A DNA stretch of 64,000 bases from an archaeon (lineage in GTDB: Archaea; Micrarchaeota; Micrarchaeia; Norongarragalinales; UBA97): NCBI GenBank assembly GCA_020057405.1, contig JAGVFW010000004.1, positions 121,660-185,659 of the forward strand. Reading direction: 5' to 3'. Shown here piece after piece: positions 8,501 to 16,262 of this stretch. Under the pieces are notes generated by a model. The model searched no databases. It was not told the origin of the DNA and saw only the letters and a list, made by a program, of their open reading frames with translations. The translations under genes were made by a program, and so were the position numbers. How positions within the stretch are numbered: the stretch's first letter is position 1; every line of letters starts with the position of its first letter.

Positions 8501-11149
8501 CTAGCCTAGCTTGCCGCGCGCAAACTTTGGCGAGCCGCCGCCCTTTGCGCCCGTTGATTGAAGTAGCTTGACTGCGTCAGAGCCGCTTTCGGGATTGCAT
8601 GCAACTGCGATGAAGCCGCTAGAGTTGGAGGCTATTGCAGAGAGGCCCTTCTCTTCTGCAACGCGCAAGACGATTTTCTCAACCAACTCTTGCGCCAAGT
8701 CAAGCCCTTTGGCTTCGACGATGCCCTTGCCATCCGCCCGCGCTTGGGAGATTAGTTTTTCTCCAAGCAATTGCGCCAGCTGCTCGTCGGCCTTCAAAAG
8801 CTTCTTGCCGCGCTCTTTCCACTCGTCGTAGAGCTTGTGCTCTGCGGAGACAAGCTCGTTTCCGGGAACGCTGAAGACGGCGCTTGCATCCTCGACAACC
8901 GCGTGTTCCTTCTGCATCCACTTGACCGCTTCGGCGCCGGCGACATAGCGCAGGCGCACCATGCCGTCCTGGATGCCCTCGCTGCCAATAATTTTGATTG
9001 CGCCGATTAGTGAAGTGTTGGCCATGTGCAGGCCGCCGCACGCCTGCGTGTCAAAGCCTTCGACTTCGATGATGCGAAGCGTCTTTCCAATTGCCCCGCC
9101 GCCCTGGTAGAGGCGGAAGCCGTACTTGCGCTCCGCCTCGCCGCGGTCCATCCACTTGAAGTTTATTGGCACTGCCTCGAGAACCTTCTGGTTGGCAAGC
9201 TCCTCGATGGCCTCCCTGTCCTCGCGTGAAAGCTTCTTGTAGTGCGTGATGTCAACGTGCGCCTCATCGACCTCTTTTCGGGAGCCGAATTGCCAGACGT
9301 GCTTGCCTAACACGCGTTGGGCACTCTGGATGACTAGGTGGGTTGCAGAGTGGTGGCGCATGAGTGCCAAACGCCGGTCCTTGTCGACGACGAGCTTGAC
9401 TACGCTGCCTTCGGCAATGCCACTCGCGTCAGTGAGCTCGTGGACGATGACGTCGTCGACGTGGTCGACGAAAATGACTTCACGGCTGGCAATGAGGCCC
9501 TTGTCGGTCGCCTGCCCGCCGCCCTCGGGATAGAAAATCGTGGAGTCAAGCGCGACGCGGTTGCCCCTAACTGCAAGCACACGCGCGTGCAACTCTGTCA
9601 GGAGCGGCTTTTCGTAGTAGACGCGTTTTGTCGGCGCCACGCCCTCAAAAGCCTTGGCAAACGGCTTTGCCTCTTTGACACGCGAAGAGTGCTTGTCGGT
9701 CAGCAGGCGGTAGAATTCCGTCGGCACCTCGACTTTCTTGCCCTCCGACTTGGCGACTTTTTCAAGAAGTTCCGGGGTGACGCCGTGGCTCTCGTAGAGC
9801 ACCTGCATTTCCTTCGTCGTGATTGGCTTGTTGCTTGAAATCGTCTGTGACGCGACGCGCCTGCCCTTGTCTAGGCTCTCGGCGAACTTGCGCTTCTCGT
9901 GCGAAAGAATGTCAGAAATGCCGTCGAGGTTCTCGGAGAGCTCTGGGAAAAGCCCGCGTAGGTCGGCCGCCTGCAGGCGCATGAGGTCGATGAGCTCGAA
10001 GTCAAAGCCGTACTCGTCAATGAAGCCGAGCGAGCGGCGAAGAAGCACGCGCAGGTTGTAGCCGCCAGCGGCGTTTGAAGGCAGGGCGCCATCTGTGAGG
10101 GCGAACAAGAGTGCGCGCGAGTGGTCGGCAATGGCGTAAATCGCCTGCATTGGCGCAATGGTTTTTTCAAGTTCCTCTAGAGAAATCTCGAGCGTGCGCG
10201 CAATCTTCTCCTTCTCGGCGCGCATGTTGATGGCGCTCTCGACATCAAGGCCGGACGCGAGCCGCGAGTATCGTCGCGCCAGGTCTTCGGGCGGCTCGAA
10301 GCTCGCGCGCCGCTTCATGTACTCGATTTCTTTCGGGAAGACCGCGTCATAGGCACTCGGCGAGCCATTGTAGTACCACAAGAGGCGCTCGAAGCCCCAG
10401 CCCACGTCGATGACCTTCATGTCAAGCGGTTGGATGAGGTCGTTGTCGCCGCGGCGGAATTCGGTAAACACGCTGTTGACCAGTTCGCTGCCGCGCGAGA
10501 AGCTCTCGATGCACGGGCCGAAGCTGGAGAAGTCGGGAATGCTCCAGATGTCCTCGCCATAGGTGATTTCCTCCTTCGGGATTTCCATCACCTGGGTTAG
10601 AAAGTCGAAATTGTGCTGGATGCACTCGTCCTTCCAGTAGCCTCCCTTGCTCTTGTCGTCGCAGTCGAAAGAATGCTGGCCGGCCATCATGAAGCAGCTT
10701 AAGTGCCGACCGGTGACGCCGACGTTCGCGATGTCATTGAAGCGAAGGCACATCTGGGGAACGACTAGGGGATTTGCGGGATATTCGAAAACGGTCTTGC
10801 CGTGCTCGAGGCGCTGAAAATCTACGATTGAGGCGATTGTGAAGTAGAGGTCGTCGCGCCAGCGTGACAGGACGGGATAGCGGGGGATGATGGTGTGGCC
10901 GCGCTTTTTCCAGAAGTCCTCGTACTTTTTCCAAAAGCCAACGTAAGTCTCTTGCCGGGGCTTTTCCTTGATGAAAGAGTAAGGCTCGTGAATTGAGTCG
11001 CCGCAGTTGGGCCGCTCGACGAGGCTCCAGTAGCCCTTGCCGCACTGGCACACGTAGCGCTTGAAGCCTTCATGCCTGAAGAGCTCGACCTCGTAGTGCT
11101 TTGCGTACTCGTCCGAGAACTTCTTCTTCAGGAACTCTTTGGAGAACAT
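8501..11149 (-). CDS. alaS: Alanine--tRNA ligase
   Basis: FTIASIVDFQ, DVGWGFER, ADHSR, HSATH and CGGLH editing motifs; GGGS C-terminus. Confidence 0.96.
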   Translation of the reverse strand: MFSKEFLKKKFSDEYAKHYEVELFRHEGFKRYVCQCGKGYWSLVERPNCGDSIHEPYSFIKEKPRQETYVGFWKKYEDFWKKRGHTIIPRYPVLSRWRDDLYFTIASIVDFQRLEHGKTVFEYPANPLVVPQMCLRFNDIANVGVTGRHLSCFMMAGQHSFDCDDKSKGGYWKDECIQHNFDFLTQVMEIPKEEITYGEDIWSIPDFSSFGPCIESFSRGSELVNSVFTEFRRGDNDLIQPLDMKVIDVGWGFERLLWYYNGSPSAYDAVFPKEIEYMKRRASFEPPEDLARRYSRLASGLDVESAINMRAEKEKIARTLEISLEELEKTIAPMQAIYAIADHSRALLFALTDGALPSNAAGGYNLRVLLRRSLGFIDEYGFDFELIDLMRLQAADLRGLFPELSENLDGISDILSHEKRKFAESLDKGRRVASQTISSNKPITTKEMQVLYESHGVTPELLEKVAKSEGKKVEVPTEFYRLLTDKHSSRVKEAKPFAKAFEGVAPTKRVYYEKPLLTELHARVLAVRGNRVALDSTIFYPEGGGQATDKGLIASREVIFVDHVDDVIVHELTDASGIAEGSVVKLVVDKDRRLALMRHHSATHLVIQSAQRVLGKHVWQFGSRKEVDEAHVDITHYKKLSREDREAIEELANQKVLEAVPINFKWMDRGEAERKYGFRLYQGGGAIGKTLRIIEVEGFDTQACGGLHMANTSLIGAIKIIGSEGIQDGMVRLRYVAGAEAVKWMQKEHAVVEDASAVFSVPGNELVSAEHKLYDEWKERGKKLLKADEQLAQLLGEKLISQARADGKGIVEAKGLDLAQELVEKIVLRVAEEKGLSAIASNSSGFIAVACNPESGSDAVKLLQSTGAKGGGSPKFARGKLG

Positions 11150-11183
11150 CGAAGAAAGTAAGGGAGTGGGAAATTAATAAAAG

Positions 11184-11459
11184 AGGGGTGGCGGGTTGTA
11201 CTCCGCTTTCTGTTGTCCACGGCATTGGACTGATGCGGCCCTAAGCCTTGCACCGAACGCGGCGCGTTTCATTCCCGTTCCGGCCAAAGTCGCGCGGGTT
11301 CATCCTGCGACCGGCGGGATTCGTTTCTGTTCCGCGTTCTCGCCTGAAGCGAGGGCGCTTTACGCGCCGGAACTGCATTGCTGCAGGGTGAGCGGAAGTT
11401 CCTCAGCTGCGTCCCCTGTGAGGGGAACGCTACCGACAGCCGTGCGCCCACCACCCTTA
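11184..11459 (-). ncRNA. rnpB: RNase P RNA
   Basis: GAGGAACUUCCGCU and ACAGAAAGCGGAGUAC form P4 with a bulged U; termini pair as P1; TTTTTAA about 25 nt upstream. Confidence 0.88.
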
Positions 11460-11579
11460 CATAGTATAGTGTAGAAGGGAGGTTAAAAACGGTTTGGAAA
11501 ATGAGAAAAAGAAAGGGGAGAAACAAAAGCGAGCTCCCCGGAAGGAGAATGGTGCAATCCACGGAATGCTATTCCGAGA

Positions 11580-11609
11580 TTACTTCTTCTTTTTCTTCTT
11601 TGCTGCCAT
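11580..11609 (-). CDS. Putative 9-aa lysine-rich micropeptide MAAKKKKKK
   Basis: ATG GCA GCA AAG AAG AAA AAG AAG AAG TAA; GGGTGA SD 7 nt upstream; TTTAAA box upstream; hairpins and T-rich tract downstream. Confidence 0.55.
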   Translation of the reverse strand: MAAKKKKKK

Positions 11610-11678
11610 TCCGTTTTCACCCGCGTTCTTGTGAAATATTTTAATCGATTAACAGATAACCTAATTTAAACCTTAGCA

Positions 11679-12464
11679 ATGGGAGAAAACATGCAACAAG
11701 ACGATGATTTTTCCAAACATATTTTCGCAGACGAGCACGACATGCACGCGGCGCTCCTCTCGGCATGCTCGCTTCTAGAGGTAAATTCGCAAAACGCGTC
11801 TGCGAAATTCTACAAGTACACCATGCTTAGGGCAACCGCGACGCTTGAGAAAGGGGAAATCAAGCTCCGCGCGAGCGACGGCTTTCGAAGCGCGTCAAAC
11901 GAAGTGCTACTCGGACTCTGCCTCTACCTCGTTGCGAAGCTCTTTAGAAGAAAAATCCGGGGCGACGGCGAAAGGTACGTTCGCGCTTATGGGGAATTCA
12001 CCTCAAGCGAGGGAAGCAGGAAACTAAGCAATTCCATGCGCGTGCTTCGCGGAAGAAAAAGGCAAACGAACCCCAAGGGAGAATTCTTCGACCTCAACGC
12101 GTCAATCGCGCGCGTTGCTGCCGAGTACTGGCAAGAGCTTGACGGCATCGAACTGCCAACCCCGACTTGGGGGGACAGCCGTAGCACGCGGGTCCTCGGC
12201 TACTACGACGACGCGTTTAACGAAATCGTGATTAACAAGGCTTTAGACGACAGGCGCGTGCCCGAGTTCGTGCTCGACTACGTAGTCTACCACGAGCTGC
12301 TTCACGCAAAACATTCACCGCATTACGGCCGGGGAAAGTCGCTTCGGACAACCGTGCACACAACCGCCTTCAAGCGCGACGAGGAGAAATACCCGCGCCT
12401 GGAGGAGGCGCAGGCGTGGGTTGGCAAAAACCGCAGACTTTTCTACGAAATTCGTATTTTATGA
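11679..12464 (+). CDS. SprT/YgjP-like zinc metallopeptidase
   Basis: DYVVYHELLH...H motif. Confidence 0.75.
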   Translation: MGENMQQDDDFSKHIFADEHDMHAALLSACSLLEVNSQNASAKFYKYTMLRATATLEKGEIKLRASDGFRSASNEVLLGLCLYLVAKLFRRKIRGDGERYVRAYGEFTSSEGSRKLSNSMRVLRGRKRQTNPKGEFFDLNASIARVAAEYWQELDGIELPTPTWGDSRSTRVLGYYDDAFNEIVINKALDDRRVPEFVLDYVVYHELLHAKHSPHYGRGKSLRTTVHTTAFKRDEEKYPRLEEAQAWVGKNRRLFYEIRIL

Positions 12465-12492
12465 GCAGTTTTATATAGTTTTTCGTAGAAAA
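12439..12492 (+). promoter_or_regulatory. TATA box flanked by a 12-bp inverted repeat (putative Lrp operator)
   Basis: TTTTCTACGAAA ... TTTATATA ... TTTCGTAGAAAA upstream of the Lrp gene. Confidence 0.45.
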
Positions 12493-12540
12493 ATTGTGTT
12501 GGAAGGCAACTCTCCCAAGGAGGCCATCCGCTAAGGTGTT

Positions 12541-12960
12541 ATGTGCGTGGACTCTCTTGACCGGGCGATTGTTGCTAGGCTCAAGAGGGACGCGCGCACG
12601 CCTTTTCTTAAGATTGCGAAAGACACTGGCGTCAGCGAAGGCACCATTCGCAACCGCGTGGGCGATTTGCTGAAAACTGGCACTATTGCCAAATTCACAG
12701 TAGAAACTGGAGGAAACAATTATGTCTCTGCACTCGTCGGGATAAAGGCAGATGCCAAGCGCAGGTCACCCGACACTGCAGGCGCAATAGCTAAAATCAA
12801 CGGGATCGCTAGCATTTTCGAGGTAAGCGGCGATTTTGACATGTTCGCAATAATCGAGGCGGAGAACTTGCCCCAGCTAAACGCGATAGTCGACAAAGCA
12901 AGGACAATGCAGGGAGTGCGCGAAACTCAGACGTTCATGGTAATGAACCGCATTCGGTAA
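12541..12960 (+). CDS. Lrp/AsnC family transcriptional regulator
   Basis: DSLDRAIVARLKRDARTPF...IA...GVSEGTIRNRV HTH plus RAM domain. Confidence 0.9.
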   Translation: MCVDSLDRAIVARLKRDARTPFLKIAKDTGVSEGTIRNRVGDLLKTGTIAKFTVETGGNNYVSALVGIKADAKRRSPDTAGAIAKINGIASIFEVSGDFDMFAIIEAENLPQLNAIVDKARTMQGVRETQTFMVMNRIR

Positions 12961-12992
12961 GCTTTTTATCTAGCATCGCCGGCAAACTACTT

Positions 12993-13418
12993 ATGCGGCC
13001 AACGCACTACGCAATCTACAAAGCCAGTTCGATTTCACTCGAAGGAGGCGAAAGAATTAGCGAAATCAGCCACTACGTTGTGCACGCGGGCATCAAGCAC
13101 AATTTTGCCGAAGCCTATTCTCAGGCAATAATCAACGGCTACCCGAGAGATTACGTTAAAATTGCGGCAGGACCACTGCCGAAAGAACTGGCTAATTCAA
13201 TTACGCTGGAAAGAAGCGAAGAAAACCCGCACGAAGCTCCAATAATGGCGTTCTATCAGCTCATCAAAGCCGGAAACAAAGCCAAAGTGGCGATCAAAGA
13301 AGTCATTGGATCGGCAGACGATGGATTAAGACAAAAGTTTTTCGAGTTTTTTGAAGATGCCATTAAGGCCGATCTCCGTAAACGCGGCCTCAAGCTCGAA
13401 CAAGCTAGCGGAGAATGA
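12993..13418 (+). CDS. Hypothetical protein
   Basis: 141-aa ORF with TTTTTAT box upstream; no recognised motif. Confidence 0.55.
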   Translation: MRPTHYAIYKASSISLEGGERISEISHYVVHAGIKHNFAEAYSQAIINGYPRDYVKIAAGPLPKELANSITLERSEENPHEAPIMAFYQLIKAGNKAKVAIKEVIGSADDGLRQKFFEFFEDAIKADLRKRGLKLEQASGE

Positions 13419-13707
13419 AGAAAAACCGGTTCAAGTCGACCTTACCGTTAACGACGGCAATGCCCTCTTTCCTCAGGAGATTCCCTTTTGCAGCCTGACC
13501 GCTGGCGAACCCACCCACTTCCCCATTAGAGCGAATGACGCGATGGCACGGGCAGAACGGCATTCCGGGGCTCTTGTTGAGCGCGTTGCCAACTGCCCTT
13601 GCGGCACCAGGGTCGCCAATTGCTTTTGCAACTGCCCCGTAAGTGCTCACTTTTCCGCGCGGAATGCGCTTGGCTGCGGCAAACACGTTTTCTTGAAAAG
13701 AAGTCAA
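13405..13707 (-). CDS. ogt: Methylated-DNA--protein-cysteine methyltransferase
   Basis: IPRGKVSTYG, ARAVGNAL and PCHRV motifs. Confidence 0.9.
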   Translation of the reverse strand: MTSFQENVFAAAKRIPRGKVSTYGAVAKAIGDPGAARAVGNALNKSPGMPFCPCHRVIRSNGEVGGFASGQAAKGNLLRKEGIAVVNGKVDLNRFFFILR

Positions 13708-13713
13708 AAGCTC

Positions 13714-14043
13714 TCACGCTGATTCTGGAATATACCAAACGTGATAATTTCCGCCATTGCTCCACTCGAACTTAACGCGAACATTCGCACCCATGTACTT
13801 GAAGTGCTTACCTGCAGGAAGAGAAATTTCAACTGCCGAATTTGGCATAAACTCCCGTTCAGGAAAAACAACAATATGCTCCGGACGGACCGACGAGTCA
13901 ATCATCTTAAGGCCAGTTAAGACCGCGTGGGCATGCTCGGCAAAGGCCTCTTGCTTTCTGTGAATTGGCAGTGAAAAACGTATTTCAGAAGACGAAAATC
14001 GTGCTGATGATAACGGATGCTTTGCCCAACTCACTAAAATCAC
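13714..14043 (-). CDS. Hypothetical protein (start uncertain)
   Basis: The tracked ORF's 5' extension overlaps the 23S processing stem; GTG at 14043 follows a TTTAAG box. Confidence 0.4.
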   Translation of the reverse strand: MILVSWAKHPLSSARFSSSEIRFSLPIHRKQEAFAEHAHAVLTGLKMIDSSVRPEHIVVFPEREFMPNSAVEISLPAGKHFKYMGANVRVKFEWSNGGNYHVWYIPESA

Positions 14044-14154
14044 CTTTCGTGAGAAATAGCGACGGCAACCACTTAAATTACTTTGCTCAAAGCTACTGCT
14101 AGCAAGCGAAGTCGTATGCGCTTTGTTGGCGAGAGCCGATTTGCTGGGTTTCAG

Positions 14155-14213
14155 CAGAGGCTGTGAAAGTGTAAGGAAGTTTTTAGTGTTGCTACCGAGC
14201 ATTTGAGACTACT
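14155..14213 (-). repeat. 3' arm of pre-23S processing stem (inverted repeat with about 17978-18060)
   Basis: gaggctgtg..gtgtaaggaag..ttttagtgtt..gagcatttgag is complementary to the 23S leader. Confidence 0.75.
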
Positions 14214-14477
14214 CCTTGTCTTTTTTTAATTGCGTTGCAATTAGTGTGAAAAGACAAAGATTATGACCTTTAGTAGCGGTTGACTCACATCTCGCCTTGC
14301 GGCTTGATGCTTACATCTCCGCCCTATCAAACCCGTCTGCTACGGGCGGTCTAAGCCGTCTCGTTTTGGGCACTGCTTCGTCCTTAGATGCTTTCAGGAC
14401 TTATCAGTTAGCGCATGGCTACGCGGCTCGCGTTGACACGACCGCTAGACCAGAGGCGCCGGTTCCCCGTTCCTCTC

Positions 14478-14616
14478 TTAAGCTGAAGACTCGGCATGGA
14501 AAAATTTGAAATGGACCTGCTCGCTTGTTGGACATTCTTTCATTGCAACATATTGCCCAGGAAAGGCGTTGCTAAGATAGTCATCCAGCGAGTGGGTCCC
14601 TAAGCCAAGTTTCCAT
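14478..14616 (-). other. 23S intron, 139 nt, in the sarcin-ricin loop (E. coli 2658/2659)
   Basis: AGUAC|intron|GAGAGGA; BHB AAGU/GCUU with ACA and AAG bulges. Confidence 0.92.
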
Positions 14617-14798
14617 GTACTTAGAGAACCTTACCCTCAGACGGCCAAACACTTCTAGGAGATGCCACCGAACTGTCTCGCGACGTTCTGAACCCAACTA
14701 ACGTGGGACTTTAACGGATGAACAACCCGACCCTTGGTGGCTCCTGCACCACCAGGATGTCCCGAGCCGATAGCGATGTATCAAACCGCGCCGTCGAT

Positions 14799-14926
14799 GA
14801 ATTCCTCTGCGGAAAACATTCTCATGACGGGCGTTAACCTTTTCCTATTTTGCATTCCCTGCAAGCTAAAAGCTTGCGCTGGGAAAATCGAAGACCGAAA
14901 AAGTAACGCGTCGTTTTCCAGAGAGT
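14799..14926 (-). other. 23S intron, 128 nt, in the helix 89 loop (about 2477/2478)
   Basis: GAGUUCAU|intron|AUCGAC; BHB GUUC/GAAU with AUA and UCA bulges. Confidence 0.9.
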
Positions 14927-15096
14927 ATGAACTCTCGGGCGCGACGAACCTGTTACCCCCGGGGTAGCTTGTCTGTCAGAAGAAGGCCTCATTAAAAGGC
15001 ACATTCTTGTTCGTTAAGCCCTGCTTTCGCACCTGCATCCCATTTTGTTAAGGATACAGTCAGCCCAACATTTGTCTTTGACCCTCTACGACGCAT

Positions 15097-15468
15097 GTAC
15101 AGCCCGCAATCCACACACAAAAACTAGCTAAGCGATAACTCGACAACCTGCACTTCCTGCCCGCGCGAGATTTCAACGTATTTCTTGACGTTGACCCGAC
15201 GGGCCTTAGCAGTCTTTTCGAGCTCCTCAATGACGCCATACGCATTGCGCAATTGGTCAGTCGGAACGACTAACGCGTTTCCGCGTATGTCCGAACTGAC
15301 GTTCTTCTGCTTTAGAATCCGCTGGTACTTCTCGAGCAAAAAAGTCACGAGAGCCAGAGGTTGCAAAAGAGCGCGGATGCGCGATACAATGTCATCAAGG
15401 AAGCTTGCCATGCCAAAACCCGCACTGATTAGTGCGGGGTGGCTTTAAAATTGTGTGGAGTGCGCGGT
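15097..15468 (-). other. 23S intron, 372 nt, in the helix 84 loop (about 2310/2311), ORF-containing
   Basis: Removal restores GGCGC-GUCAGAAAU-GCGUC-GUAGAG; relaxed BHB; terminal stem CUCCACAC/GUGUGGA. Confidence 0.88.
15124..15411 (-). CDS. Intron-encoded 95-aa hypothetical protein (no homing-endonuclease motif)
   Basis: ORF fills the intron loop in rRNA sense; TTTTAAAG about 30 nt upstream. Confidence 0.7.
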   Translation of the reverse strand: MASFLDDIVSRIRALLQPLALVTFLLEKYQRILKQKNVSSDIRGNALVVPTDQLRNAYGVIEELEKTAKARRVNVKKYVEISRGQEVQVVELSLS

Positions 15469-15861
15469 TTCTGACGCGCCTGAGTTGAGCTTTGGGCGCC
15501 TTTGTTTTTTTATCGAAGGCGTGCCGCCCCAGCCAAACCACCCATCTGTAGCTGTCTTACGTCTTTTGGACGCAATAAGCAATGCAGTCATCAAATAGCA
15601 GTGTTACATCGTTGCCTATTCCGCCCCCGCGAGGACGGACATAGCGGCTCCTGCTTACGCTACGAATTAACAACCGAATTACAACAACAGACTGTGGTTA
15701 AGCTCCACGGGGTCTTCGTTTCCCCCTAGAAGTCCTCGGCATGTTCACCGAGTAGTAGGTTCGCCAGGTCTAAGACAGGGACAGCGGGACGCTCGTTACG
15801 CCATTCATGCAAGCCGCCAATTAAGCGGCGAGGTATTACGCTACCTTAAGAGTCTCAGAGT

Positions 15862-15904
15862 GTGGCCCTGAGACTTTGCTTGCTGATGTGCGGCAAAGTC
15901 CAGA
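15862..15904 (-). other. 23S intron, 43 nt, in the helix 69 loop (1912/1913)
   Basis: GGGUCUA|intron|ACUCUGAGACUC; BHB GGUC/GGCC with UAU and ACA bulges. Confidence 0.9.
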
Positions 15905-16043
15905 TAGACCCGCTCTTTAGCAGCCCTTTGCTCCCTTGAAAAGGAGTTTGAGGTACTGCCAGTGAGCAGGCGTCAACCTCCGTGCACAACGTTTCCGTCT
16001 TGCGGAGATTTGTGTTTTTGCTAAACAGTCGACGTCCCCAGTT

Positions 16044-16184
16044 TTGCAGCCAACGATGAGCAAATGATTTTGCGCTAGGACGCTATCAACCACATCACAG
16101 AATTGCCGGTAGGTACCGGCGTCAGAGGTTGTTCTCTTTTCCTCAACGCGCAAAAAGGTTCTTGTTTGAATGCCCATCGCGGGT
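16044..16184 (-). other. 23S intron, 141 nt (about 1758/1759)
   Basis: GUCGCAGUG|intron|AACUGGGGACGUCGACUG; central helix GCAG/CUGC, relaxed BHB. Confidence 0.85.
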
Positions 16185-16230
16185 CACTGCGACCTACGAG
16201 TCCCCACTTCAACTTGCGTCTAGTGGAGAA

Positions 16231-16262
<32 letters not shown>

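Noticed and set aside
11196-11562. ORFs of 92 and 97 aa between alaS and the peptidase
   Set aside because: The region is explained by RNase P RNA.
13900-14257. 5S rRNA downstream of 23S
   Set aside because: No 5S-like sequence is seen. Unlinked 5S is common in archaea, so this is not notable.
16060-16165. Resemblance of TTTTTGCGC...GCGCAAAA in this 23S intron to the tRNA-Ser T-loop intron
   Set aside because: Short, low-complexity similarity that is insufficient to claim common origin.
14478-16184. Box C/D guide RNAs inside the rRNA introns
   Set aside because: No convincing paired RUGAUGA/CUGA boxes were seen by eye.
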